DNA of 38,169 nt from IMG/VR virus record IMGVR_UViG_3300046786_000064, positions 1 through 38,169 of that record, one strand, 5' to 3'. Positions within the stretch are counted from its first letter, which is position 1; each line of letters begins with the position of its first letter. Source of the DNA: a virus (Duplodnaviria; Caudoviricetes). Both the position numbers and the translations under genes were made by a program. Positions 1 to 8,433 of the stretch are shown piece by piece. The notes under the pieces are model-generated. The model was given only the letters and a program-made list of their open reading frames with translations. It did not search any database and had not been told where the DNA came from.

Positions 1-140
1 CATCATCGACACGACCAGTTTTTGCAAGACGCTGTTTTGCGCGAGTACCTTCAGTTGTTGAGGAGACACGACCAGCAGCCGATGGCTTTACTGGACGTGG
101 ACCGTTGTTGACTACGGGTTTGATGTTCTTACGCTTAGAC
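1..140. repeat. Terminal overlap, left copy (matches 38030-38169); circular assembly
   Basis: Identical to 38030-38169 except at positions 127 (t/c) and 137 (a/g). Confidence 0.95.
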
Positions 141-976
141 ATCATCTGGTCATACAACGCTGCTTTACGCAACGTCAAGACAGCCCTGTGGTCAAAAACA
201 TTCTTGAGTTCGTCTTCTGAGTAGCCGACCTTCTGTCCGAACTCGATTAGCAAAGCCTTTTCAGCCTTTGCTTTATTCGCGTCCTTCCATTCAGGAATGG
301 CTTGAATCAATGCTTCACTTTCTTTCGCAAGTGTTGCCTTGAATTCTTCCTCACGTTGTTTCTGTGTCAATTGAGAAAGGCGCTGCTGTTCGGATTGAAT
401 AGCTGCTTGTCTTTCTTGCTTGTCACGGGCCAACTCTCTCTGGCGTACCCATTCAATGGGGTCTTCTGCGTAAAGACGGTCCCAATCAACGGGCTGTTCA
501 CCAGCCGACTCAAGTTGCTGTTGCAACGCTCCTAACAATTGAGCGTACTGTTCACGCTCGGCACGAATAGCAGCAGCTTCAGCCTCAACCGCTTTACGGG
601 TTTCAGCGATCTGTTGCGTCTTTCGTGTGTAGTCTTGTGTCCTGCTGTAACCTTGTTGGAGTTCGTCCAGCGTCACCTCGATTTCCTTACCGTCTACCTT
701 GACGGTGAAAACCTGTGGCTGTTCGTCTTCCTCGGTTTCATCAGAATCTTCCGACTGTTCATCTTTCGTTTCGTCACTAGACTCATCGTCTTGCACGTCA
801 AGTGATTCATCGACAGATGCCGCGCCATCCTCATCGGATGACAACTGCGCCTCAACTTCCTGTTCGGTTTCTCCCTCCTCGGGACCAAACAACTGAGCGA
901 GTGCATTGGACGCTTCGTCCACTGACATTGGACCTGTTGGGATGCTCCCTGTGGGGTTGGCGTTTCCTTCTGACAT
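1..976 (-). CDS. Capsid scaffolding protein (N-terminal part; continues across the junction to the stop at 37998-38000, 335 aa total)
   Basis: Hand translation from ATG 976: MSEGNANPTGS...acidic tract...FTVKVDGKEIEVTLDELQQGYSRTQDYTRKTQ...IPEWKD...; AAGGA SD upstream; lies between portal and capsid on the circle. Missing from the ORF track because it spans the end. Confidence 0.88.
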   Translation of the reverse strand, partial: MSEGNANPTGSIPTGPMSVDEASNALAQLFGPEEGETEQEVEAQLSSDEDGAASVDESLDVQDDESSDETKDEQSEDSDETEEDEQPQVFTVKVDGKEIEVTLDELQQGYSRTQDYTRKTQQIAETRKAVEAEAAAIRAEREQYAQLLGALQQQLESAGEQPVDWDRLYAEDPIEWVRQRELARDKQERQAAIQSEQQRLSQLTQKQREEEFKATLAKESEALIQAIPEWKDANKAKAEKALLIEFGQKVGYSEDELKNVFDHRAVLTLRKAALYDQMMSKRKNIKPVVNNGPRPVKPSAAGRVSSTTEGTRAKQRLAKTGRVDD

Positions 977-987
977 TTCCAATTCCT

Positions 988-1251
988 TTAAACCAGATTT
1001 TTCTGAGCGCGTTCAATCTGACGCTGTGCAATCTTGCCGTTGTCCATGATCTTGTTCATCTGGGTACGGAATTGCTCAATCGCCTGAATCATGTGCCACG
1101 CGCTCTCTCTTTTTACGGTGTCCTCTGACTTCGTACTTTTCCAAAGCCAGACAGCATCGTTCTCCATTTGCAGCAGAGCTGCTGAGAAGGCTTCGTCTTG
1201 AACCAGACTCTCGGCCTTCTTCCCTTTTCTTACGGTTTCTTCGTTGCTCAC
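988..1251 (-). CDS. Conserved small phage protein between portal and scaffold
   Basis: 87 aa ORF abutting the portal stop; typical position. Confidence 0.75.
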   Translation of the reverse strand: MSNEETVRKGKKAESLVQDEAFSAALLQMENDAVWLWKSTKSEDTVKRESAWHMIQAIEQFRTQMNKIMDNGKIAQRQIERAQKNLV

Positions 1252-3525
1252 TTAGACCATTCCTTGTGGGTTGATGGGTTGCATAGGCTGCTGCATTTCG
1301 GGCTGCGCTTGCTCAACTGCTTGCTGAACAATCGCGGCTTGTTGTTTCACAGCCTCGCGGTTTACATTCTGCTCTGCCACGATTTGGGCAGTGCTGATCT
1401 GTGTGTTGTACTTTAACTCAAGTTCGTATTGTTTAAGTAGTCGATCTTGATTCATTTGATCGCGCCTGAAGTCGTCATCCAACATCATTTGTTGACGTTT
1501 CAGTTCTAGTTCTGCCGCCTTTTTCTGGATGTCAGCCTGAATCGACTGAGCCTGAACTTGCGCCAGCACTTCCTCTGGCGTGGCTTTTTGAGGCTTTTGT
1601 GGGGCCTTCCAATCGTCAGGCAAGTCATTGATGAAGGCAGATGCGTCTTTAAATCCAGACAGTTCAACCATCTTGCGCAGGGTACGGACATATTGCTGTG
1701 GCGACACAACAGGGTTATCCAAGCCGTACTGGTTAATGATTGACTCTTGTTTTGCCGCGAATTGAGCCAAAGCAGCCAGCTTCTCGTTGGTGTCACCGTT
1801 GCCCAAGCCGATGTTCACGGTCACGTCCATTGACGTGTCCCAAGAACGTGGGTCGATCTGCACCCATTCGTTGCGCAGACGAATCATTCGGGCCTTGTCC
1901 TGATGAGTCACCGTCAAGAAAAGAATCTTCTTGAACAGTGTCTTCATGCCTTCAGCCAGCAGACGGGAAGTCAGCTCAATGCGGCCTTGGCTGGCTGTGA
2001 TGGTGGCAGCAACAGCAGCCTTGGTGGAAGACTGCAAAGCGTCAGCGTTCAGGCCCATTGCGGCCTTGCTCATGCCAGTACGGTCTTCCTTGATGCTGTC
2101 CACATAGTCCAGCATCGGAAAAGCAGCCTGACCAACAAACGGCTGTGCAAAGGTCTGCACCATGTTTGGCGCGCGCATACGAATCACAGCGCCTGTCTCG
2201 TTGTTCAGCACATCGTCAATGTTGACTTGGCCTTCAACGATGGCAGTGCGTGGGTGAATCGACTGAGCCAGCGAGTCCAGCGTATTACGCAAGATTTCAG
2301 ACTTGATCTCTTGAATGTCGTGCGTGATGTCAAAGATTGAGCCAGCCTCAAGTGGCGATGTGTGTGGCTCTGGGTCGCATGGGAAGGCCACGAATGGGAT
2401 GTAAGCAAAAGGCAAGTTGCGCTTGACTTCGTAGCTTGGACCCATCGTGCAAATCTTGCGCAATTCAGGAATACCGTCACCGTCAAAGTCAACACGGACG
2501 TACACCTCGCAGTACAAGACGCGCTGCTCCATCGGGTTGGCGCTTTGGTCTTGGAATTGCTGGTTGTTCAGTGCGTGACGGGCCAGAGCTTCCTCGTTGT
2601 CAGCCAAGTCAGACGTGCCAACGTACTCCATTACCTCATCTTCATCGTAGCCAATGGCGATCAATTCAGCCACGGTTGCCATCTTGCGCCGACCAATGAT
2701 CGGGGCGTTCTCAAAGTCCAAAGCCTGACGCGAAAGCAGCAACTCCTCTGGAGCCACGCTGTTAATGCGGTTGCGACCAGACTTGACGATGCGCTTGATC
2801 TCGACATCGTGCAGCATCGCGGGTGGCTGCACAACGGGCATACCCGTGGCAGGGTCAACCATCGGCTGCATCTGCATCGCGTCTTCGTCAGGGTAAGACA
2901 CAACAATCTTCATCTCGGCTTCTGGCTCTTGCATCAGCATCTGCAAGGTGGCATCGTCAAGGCCAGAATACTGCTCGATTCGGACTTCCTCTGACTCCTC
3001 CCAAACCGCTTCCATGATGCCGCACTTACGCGCCAAGGCATCCTTGAAGGTGGCGTAGGCTGTCATGAAGCCGTTGTTGTCGGACGAAAACACGAAGTTT
3101 GCGTAGTCGGTGGCTTGCTGCGCGTTCTTTACGTCTTCAGGGCCACGGGGTACAAACTCGACCACGTTCTCGGAACTAAAGAAAACGCGCATCAAGGAAG
3201 GCATCATTGCCGAAATGGTGTCGCGTGTCTCCATCGCAACGACCTGAGAACGGCCTTCTTCCTCGTTACCGAAGGGGTCGCCGCGGTAGTAGCGTGTCGC
3301 CATCGCACGAATAGGCGACAGGTCTGAGTCAATATAAGAAACAGCGTCCGTGATCTCTTGACCGATCATGGCCTCAAGTTCTTCGTCATCCATCTGCTGG
3401 TGTTCGGCTTCTTCCTCTTTGACTTCTTCAGGGTCTTTTGACTCCATCAAGTCCTCAATCTGCTCTTTCGCCTTGTTCAGCAAAGCACTTGTAGTCTCAG
3501 ACTCAAACTCGTATGGAACTTTCAT
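1252..3525 (-). CDS. Portal protein
   Basis: 757 aa; YYRGDPFGNEEEGRSQVV, DFDGDGIPELRK, Q-rich coiled-coil C-terminus; downstream of terL. Confidence 0.9.
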   Translation of the reverse strand: MKVPYEFESETTSALLNKAKEQIEDLMESKDPEEVKEEEAEHQQMDDEELEAMIGQEITDAVSYIDSDLSPIRAMATRYYRGDPFGNEEEGRSQVVAMETRDTISAMMPSLMRVFFSSENVVEFVPRGPEDVKNAQQATDYANFVFSSDNNGFMTAYATFKDALARKCGIMEAVWEESEEVRIEQYSGLDDATLQMLMQEPEAEMKIVVSYPDEDAMQMQPMVDPATGMPVVQPPAMLHDVEIKRIVKSGRNRINSVAPEELLLSRQALDFENAPIIGRRKMATVAELIAIGYDEDEVMEYVGTSDLADNEEALARHALNNQQFQDQSANPMEQRVLYCEVYVRVDFDGDGIPELRKICTMGPSYEVKRNLPFAYIPFVAFPCDPEPHTSPLEAGSIFDITHDIQEIKSEILRNTLDSLAQSIHPRTAIVEGQVNIDDVLNNETGAVIRMRAPNMVQTFAQPFVGQAAFPMLDYVDSIKEDRTGMSKAAMGLNADALQSSTKAAVAATITASQGRIELTSRLLAEGMKTLFKKILFLTVTHQDKARMIRLRNEWVQIDPRSWDTSMDVTVNIGLGNGDTNEKLAALAQFAAKQESIINQYGLDNPVVSPQQYVRTLRKMVELSGFKDASAFINDLPDDWKAPQKPQKATPEEVLAQVQAQSIQADIQKKAAELELKRQQMMLDDDFRRDQMNQDRLLKQYELELKYNTQISTAQIVAEQNVNREAVKQQAAIVQQAVEQAQPEMQQPMQPINPQGMV

Positions 3526-4055
3526 TTCTTGCCCTTTTGCAATATGACGTACATGGAATCCACCGCCCGTGGAGTCCTCAAAATCTCATCTTGTGGCAAT
3601 TTTAGACTTTCCCCGACCTCTGAGAGCGTGAATTCCAGATGCTTGACAAAGAACCGATCTTCCCAACCCAAGTACCAATGCCAATCCGTGTAATACAACC
3701 ACGACTTTTCGTTGAACGCTCGGACGTGCGTTGGGTCTTGCCAAGCACCATAAGACAAGTCGTAAGGAACATGGATGCGCATCTCGCCACCAACCTTCAG
3801 CAACTCCTTGCAGTTGGTCATGGCCTTCACCAAGTCAGGGACGTGTTCAAGGATGTCGTTCGCCAAAATCACGTCAAACATCTCGGCCTTGACACGGAAG
3901 TCGCCAAAGCGCGTCACTAGCAGCGAACCCCAATGCACGTCCTGAATATCTAGACACCAATCGGATTTGATTCGGCGCTGGATGTCTGCGTTGATGCAGT
4001 CCTCACGCCAATCTTTACCCGAACCAAGATTAAGAACCAAAGAACTCTTTGACAT
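3522..4055 (-). CDS. Class I SAM-dependent methyltransferase (Methyltransf_11-like); start uncertain (4040/4055/4076)
   Basis: LNLGSG, INADI, DILEHV, LKVGG, AWQDPTHVRAF motifs. Confidence 0.85.
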   Translation of the reverse strand: MSKSSLVLNLGSGKDWREDCINADIQRRIKSDWCLDIQDVHWGSLLVTRFGDFRVKAEMFDVILANDILEHVPDLVKAMTNCKELLKVGGEMRIHVPYDLSYGAWQDPTHVRAFNEKSWLYYTDWHWYLGWEDRFFVKHLEFTLSEVGESLKLPQDEILRTPRAVDSMYVILQKGKK

Positions 4056-4728
4056 ATTGCGGTCTGTTTTGCTCAATCCACGGACGGGCTTGAAGATTTA
4101 ATTTCTCCACGTCAGTGCCAACTGTCTGGCTTCCAACGTGATGGACATAAGAAGTGGAAACGTAGTGCGTATAGCCCTTGGCTGACATATCTAAGCAGGA
4201 CGCATCGTCTGAGTACCAGTTGATCGGGCCAAACCGTCCGTGATTCCACGCATCACGCGAGACATAAGCAAAGATTGGAGCCACAACGTCAGTCGGGAAG
4301 ATGTAGTCCTCGGACGCAAAACGGTTCATATACAACGGGTCAGACTCTCGGTTGAACCGAATGTTCTGCACAGCACGAACCGAATCGCTACGCGCAGCCA
4401 CCCAACCAACGGACGGTTCAAGAGATCGAATTGTGTCAACGTCATCCAGCAGTTTTGAGTAGCTGGTGGGGGTTAAGACAACATCGTCATTGCAGACGAT
4501 GCAAGCCGTGTGGTACTTCAGCGCATCGTCAATGATCTCGTTGTAATCATCGCCAAAGTTACGCGCCTCGCCAACCATGATGCGAACATTTGCCAAATTT
4601 TCCATCTTGGAGATCACGGACTCAGGGCCGCGAAGATAGACAAACGCCTCTGGCGCGTATTGCTTGATTGACTCAAGCAGTACAGGCAACCCCTTGCCGT
4701 GTACTGTTGCAATGCAGATTGGAATCAC
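4030..4728 (-). CDS. Glycosyltransferase, GT-A fold (family 2-like)
   Basis: ICIATVHG...LLESI, NFGDDYN, CNDDVV (DxD-like), WYSDD, YVHHVGSQT. Confidence 0.8.
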   Translation of the reverse strand: MIPICIATVHGKGLPVLLESIKQYAPEAFVYLRGPESVISKMENLANVRIMVGEARNFGDDYNEIIDDALKYHTACIVCNDDVVLTPTSYSKLLDDVDTIRSLEPSVGWVAARSDSVRAVQNIRFNRESDPLYMNRFASEDYIFPTDVVAPIFAYVSRDAWNHGRFGPINWYSDDASCLDMSAKGYTHYVSTSYVHHVGSQTVGTDVEKLNLQARPWIEQNRPQYVKEFFGS

Positions 4729-4883
4729 TTTTTCGCCTTGGGCTTCTTTGCAGTCTTTGCCGCCAACTTAAAGTCAGCAGCAGAAGGCGCGGCCTTGGAG
4801 CCGACCTTGTTCATCTTTTCGCCAGAGCCAGCAGCGATACGCTTTTGCTTGGCGTTGATATTTGCGTAGAGTCCTTGCTTCAT
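4725..4883 (-). CDS. Small basic phage protein (52 aa)
   Basis: Hand translation MKQGLYANINAKQKRIAAGSGEKMNKVGSKAAPSAADFKLAAKTAKKPKAKK; 4-nt overlaps with both neighbours. Confidence 0.8.
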   Translation of the reverse strand: MKQGLYANINAKQKRIAAGSGEKMNKVGSKAAPSAADFKLAAKTAKKPKAKK

Positions 4884-5065
4884 TTCTTGGCCCTGTTCTT
4901 TGCAGTGCGTTGACCGCGCATAGGCATCTTGGCTTCAGACATTGCGATGGCAATGGCTTGCTTTGGATTCTTTACAACCTTGCCGCCCTTGCCTGAGTGC
5001 AAAGTGCCAGATTTGTATTCGCCCATGACCTTGCCAATCTTCTTGGCTGCTGCGGAAATCTTCAT
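4880..5065 (-). CDS. Small basic protein, DUF6496-like
   Basis: KVMGEYKSGTLHSGKGGKVVKNPKQAIAIAMSEA; SD-like GAAGGGG upstream. Confidence 0.78.
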   Translation of the reverse strand: MKISAAAKKIGKVMGEYKSGTLHSGKGGKVVKNPKQAIAIAMSEAKMPMRGQRTAKNRAKK

Positions 5066-5099
5066 AGCCTACCCCTTCAAAGTTAATGGAATGACGCGA

Positions 5100-6590
5100 T
5101 TATGCAACCCGCGACACGTTTCGGCGCAACGGCTTGGACCACTGCTGCGCGGTGTTCGCACCGAACATCCCGATGGCTGCGTCAGATGCAAACGTCAAGA
5201 CAAAGCTGTCAGCCTTGTCGGGTGACTTCAGGCCGCGCTTACGAATGTCATCCTTACTCTCAATCTGAATCTTGCCGTTGGACGTGAAGAAGTAACGAAC
5301 GGTAGCCAGTTCCGCTACAAGTTCCTCGTCCAATGGGATACGACAGTCTCGCGCCTCAAACCACGCTTTGCACTTGTACCAAAGCTCGGCGCGTAAGTTC
5401 CTGTAGGTCGTACCCATCGCAGGGGACTCGGACACGTTAATGCCGCGAACAGGCAAACCCAACTCGCGCAGTCGGTCAACCACGCCAGCGCCCAAACCGA
5501 TGGAGTCCACCAAAATCTCATGGGGGCGCTGGCTAGAAGGCAACGCCTCCCACTCAGCAACCACTGCACCCGTCAGTTGCATCAAATCCAAGTTCTTCCA
5601 GACCTTGATCGGCTCAATCAGCGCGTTGCCCTGACGCTTGGCAAGGGTCGAGCGATCACCACCAAAACGTGCAACGTCCAAGCCCCAGATCAGTTTGGCG
5701 TGTTGAGAAGTCGCCACATCTCGGTGCTTGGACAGCTCCAGCAGCTCCATCGGGATGATGGTGTCATCGTCCGATCTAGGGAATTCACCTAGTACGCGAA
5801 TTCGGTAGGCGTTGGACTCCTCTCCGTAACGCGCTTTCATCTCCTCAACGTAGGCATCAGATACCCGTGGAGAGTCCACGCAAGACACCTTCATAGTCAC
5901 CCAATCATTCGCCAGACGGTTGTGGGTGTCATAAAAGAATCCAGAGCTTCGGACGGGGTTGCCCAACAACAGAGTCACGGCATTGTGTCCAGACATAGAG
6001 CCAGCCGCAGCCTCGAAAACCTGTTCGGGTATACCCGATGCTTCGTCAGCAATCAGCATCACGTTGTCGCTGTGGACACCCTGTAAGGCTTCGGGCTGTT
6101 CGGCTCGGCTGGTCCTTGCGGACACGAAGGCTTCGGTTGCGGCTTCCTTGACTTCGATGCGGTCTTGCTTCACTTCAAGCATATCCCGCAAGGTTGGGGG
6201 CAGTTCTTTCACCCATCGCTTCAGTTCCGCGAAAAGCGCGTCATATAACTGGCTCGATGTGGGGGCTGTCACCACGACCTTGACGGGGTAACGCAAAAGT
6301 AAATACCAAATGATTGCCCAACTTGCGCCTGTGGACTTGCCTACTCCGTGGCCTGATCGGACAGAGATTCGGCGCTCACCTTTGGCGATGTGGTTCAGCA
6401 TAGTCTCTTGCCACTCATCAGGGACGGTGTTCAAGACTTCCTTGACGAACAGCACAGGGTTGTTTCGGTATCGGGCTGTGAAGGCCACGAAAGGATTGTT
6501 CTTGATCTTCTCGTCTAGCTTCTTGGCAGCGTTGTCCACCAGCTCCTGTGTATCAACGTGCAGTTTCTTGGGGGTTGATTCTGTAGTCAT
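5100..6590 (-). CDS. terL: Terminase large subunit
   Basis: Walker A RSGHGVGKS, Walker B IADEASG, GNP coupling motif, nuclease GLDVARFGGD and SPDKADS. Confidence 0.95.
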   Translation of the reverse strand: MTTESTPKKLHVDTQELVDNAAKKLDEKIKNNPFVAFTARYRNNPVLFVKEVLNTVPDEWQETMLNHIAKGERRISVRSGHGVGKSTGASWAIIWYLLLRYPVKVVVTAPTSSQLYDALFAELKRWVKELPPTLRDMLEVKQDRIEVKEAATEAFVSARTSRAEQPEALQGVHSDNVMLIADEASGIPEQVFEAAAGSMSGHNAVTLLLGNPVRSSGFFYDTHNRLANDWVTMKVSCVDSPRVSDAYVEEMKARYGEESNAYRIRVLGEFPRSDDDTIIPMELLELSKHRDVATSQHAKLIWGLDVARFGGDRSTLAKRQGNALIEPIKVWKNLDLMQLTGAVVAEWEALPSSQRPHEILVDSIGLGAGVVDRLRELGLPVRGINVSESPAMGTTYRNLRAELWYKCKAWFEARDCRIPLDEELVAELATVRYFFTSNGKIQIESKDDIRKRGLKSPDKADSFVLTFASDAAIGMFGANTAQQWSKPLRRNVSRVA

Positions 6591-6614
6591 GTGTGGATTG
6601 TGGCATCAATGAGC

Positions 6615-6795
6615 TGTTGGCGTCAGGTCGTGAACCCTGTATTCTTGATAGGCACAGTCCTACCCATATCCACCGCGAATCCGCAATGTCTCGTCCACCA
6701 ACACGACTGAGGACTGAAGCCAGTTCCCGCTGGAGACTGTCTGCCTAAGCATCATAGAAACAGCCTTTATCCGACAATCCTCATGCGTCTTGATG
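6615..6795 (-). ncRNA. Putative structured non-coding RNA (long stem plus tRNA-like cloverleaf)
   Basis: 6775-6795 pairs with 6696-6716 (18/21 bp with G-U on the minus strand); 6696-6703 can alternatively pair with 6615-6622, closing three hairpins; -10 TACACT just upstream. Confidence 0.6.
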
Positions 6796-6833
6796 TCGTA
6801 GTCAAGTGTAGTCGTTTTCTAGATTTTTTTAAA
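6790..6833 (-). promoter_or_regulatory. Putative promoter of the ncRNA, overlapped by a TTGAT-N6-GTCAA operator-like site
   Basis: -10 TACACT at 6805-6810 (minus), A/T tracts upstream, weak -35; palindrome at 6790-6805. Confidence 0.45.
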
Positions 6834-7005
6834 ATTTTTTTTCGGGATGCGTGTGGAGTTGCGCCTGTACAGCCACCCCGCCGACACGCCACCACGGGGG
6901 GCTTCGGGCGCTGTCGGCTGGCACGATTCCTGCCTAGATCGCATTATGAATACTTTGGCACTCAACGACTTTATACAATGTCCATTATGTAAAGTTATTT
7001 TGTCG

Positions 7006-7103
7006 TTATCCACAGCTCATACATACATTTCGTTGCATCGCTGCAACAAACCATGTGAACTGTGGACAACTTGAACAACTTACGACAGTTTGTCTGTGGG
7101 TAA
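7006..7103. promoter_or_regulatory. DnaA-box cluster
   Basis: TTATCCACA at 7006-7014 (+); one-mismatch boxes on minus at 7061-7069 (TTGTCCACA) and 7095-7103 (TTACCCACA). Confidence 0.55.
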
Positions 7104-7514
7104 CTCGGCCTCGATGTACTCGCCATGTCGCAGCGCATCGAGCCGCAAGTTAGCCAGATTGACCGTAACGCTCGGCATCTTGTTCTGCGCATACGCTGCT
7201 GGATTCCATCGTTCAGCCACCCATTGGCGCGTTTGGACCCTTAAACGAGCCTTATTTACTTCACTTATGTCGGTTTCGTCAGAGATTTCTATTATTTCCG
7301 ACACCAAGTTGTCTGCCGCTTTCGCGCGCACGCGAGAGAGGAAGCCCTCGTTCTCTGGGCGATCAAGCCAAACCGTCAAGGCTTTTCGGCCTATGCCGAG
7401 CTTGTAGCAAATGCGAGTCTCGGACAGTCCAGCCTCGAACAAAGTTTGAATCTGCTCTCTCGGTAGCGTATCGAGCAACGCTAAGTCCTCAACCTTCTTT
7501 TTTTGTCCAGCCAT
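7080..7514 (-). CDS. terS: Terminase small subunit (Sf6 gp1-like)
   Basis: N-terminal HTH, RVRAKAADNLVSEIIEISDE...ARLRVQTRQWVAERWNP; GGAGG SD; upstream of terL. Confidence 0.8.
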   Translation of the reverse strand: MAGQKKKVEDLALLDTLPREQIQTLFEAGLSETRICYKLGIGRKALTVWLDRPENEGFLSRVRAKAADNLVSEIIEISDETDISEVNKARLRVQTRQWVAERWNPAAYAQNKMPSVTVNLANLRLDALRHGEYIEAELPTDKLS

Positions 7515-7582
7515 TTAAACCTCCTACAATCAATTATCAATGCTCATGGCTACCTAGCCATCAACCACCCATTTAAATCGCT

Positions 7583-8263
7583 CTAAAGCGCCTTCTGATG
7601 CGTTTTAGAGCCATATGCAGACGTGTCGAACACCTTATCCACACGTTTACCCTTAAAGATCGCATCATCGTCAGACTTCATGTCTTCCAAGCCTGTCGCT
7701 CCACCTTCAGGAAACTTGTTGGCTGGCTTGTCCAGCCGTACCATCTGCGCCGCTGGATAGCTACGCTTCAAAGCCATTGTCTCCTTGACCACTTCAGCGT
7801 TCATCACCAGTTCAAGCTCCTCCATGCACCAGATGTGTCTGCGACTGTCGTGACCCATGAACTGGTCAAAGTGCAGCGCGTCCTCGTAAGTCTCCACCAC
7901 GACCATGACTGAGCCATCACGCATCTCGTACTGGCAATTCTTAATCTCTGGCACTTGGCTAACGCCAGTTGTAACAGCCCACTGCTCCAACGCTGCATAT
8001 GCCTTCTTCATCCCATCCACTGCTTTGCTGAGTCTAACTTCGTCACGACTCCGTTGAGCAGCGTAGACCCTTTCCGATTGCGTCCAGAACCTGACACGGA
8101 ACTCCTCATCCACCAATCCAATCAACCGACTGACACCCCACTTCTTTTCGTGCGACTGTTGGACGTTAAGAAGTTCAATCAACTTGCTTCGCATGAACAG
8201 CTCAAACGGGTCCGCTGGAATACTCGGCTGCTCAACCTTCTTTTTTATCTGCCTTGTTGCCAT
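7583..8263 (-). CDS. Hypothetical phage protein
   Basis: 226 aa, AAGGTGG SD; follows primase-helicase and the origin-like repeats. Confidence 0.8.
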   Translation of the reverse strand: MATRQIKKKVEQPSIPADPFELFMRSKLIELLNVQQSHEKKWGVSRLIGLVDEEFRVRFWTQSERVYAAQRSRDEVRLSKAVDGMKKAYAALEQWAVTTGVSQVPEIKNCQYEMRDGSVMVVVETYEDALHFDQFMGHDSRRHIWCMEELELVMNAEVVKETMALKRSYPAAQMVRLDKPANKFPEGGATGLEDMKSDDDAIFKGKRVDKVFDTSAYGSKTHQKAL

Positions 8264-8325
8264 AAATCCACCTTTTCTAATCCTTACACTTTTCTTACGA
8301 ATAACCTACATTTCTGTCGCCGTCT

Positions 8326-8432
8326 CGTCGACATATGGGTGTGTCTTATAGACACACACCCCATATGTAGACGCTTAGACGGTCTACACATGGCGTCTAC
8401 ATATGTAGACATATGTAGACCATATGTAGACG
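8326..8432. repeat. Iteron/palindrome cluster (CATATGTAGAC), putative replication origin
   Basis: Direct copies at 8362, 8400, 8410, 8421; inverted copies at 8327, 8382, 8395; perfect palindrome GTCTACATATGTAGAC at 8395-8410. Confidence 0.75.
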
Positions 8433-8433
8433 C

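Noticed and set aside
302-1128. Several short ORFs listed over the scaffold region
   Set aside because: Explained as shadows of the minus-strand scaffold gene (1-976), which the track missed because it crosses the window end.
1903-2994. Long plus-strand ORFs (145 and 210 aa) opposite the portal
   Set aside because: Antisense open frames caused by codon bias; the same applies to those opposite primase, ejection, tail and capsid genes.
6615-6703. Canonical tRNA-His
   Set aside because: Arm lengths, D-loop, 6-nt anticodon-like loop and 4-bp T-like stem are non-canonical and there is no CCA; kept only as tRNA-like.
8326-8432. Mini-CRISPR array
   Set aside because: The 11-bp units are adjacent or inverted with no unique 25-40-bp spacers.
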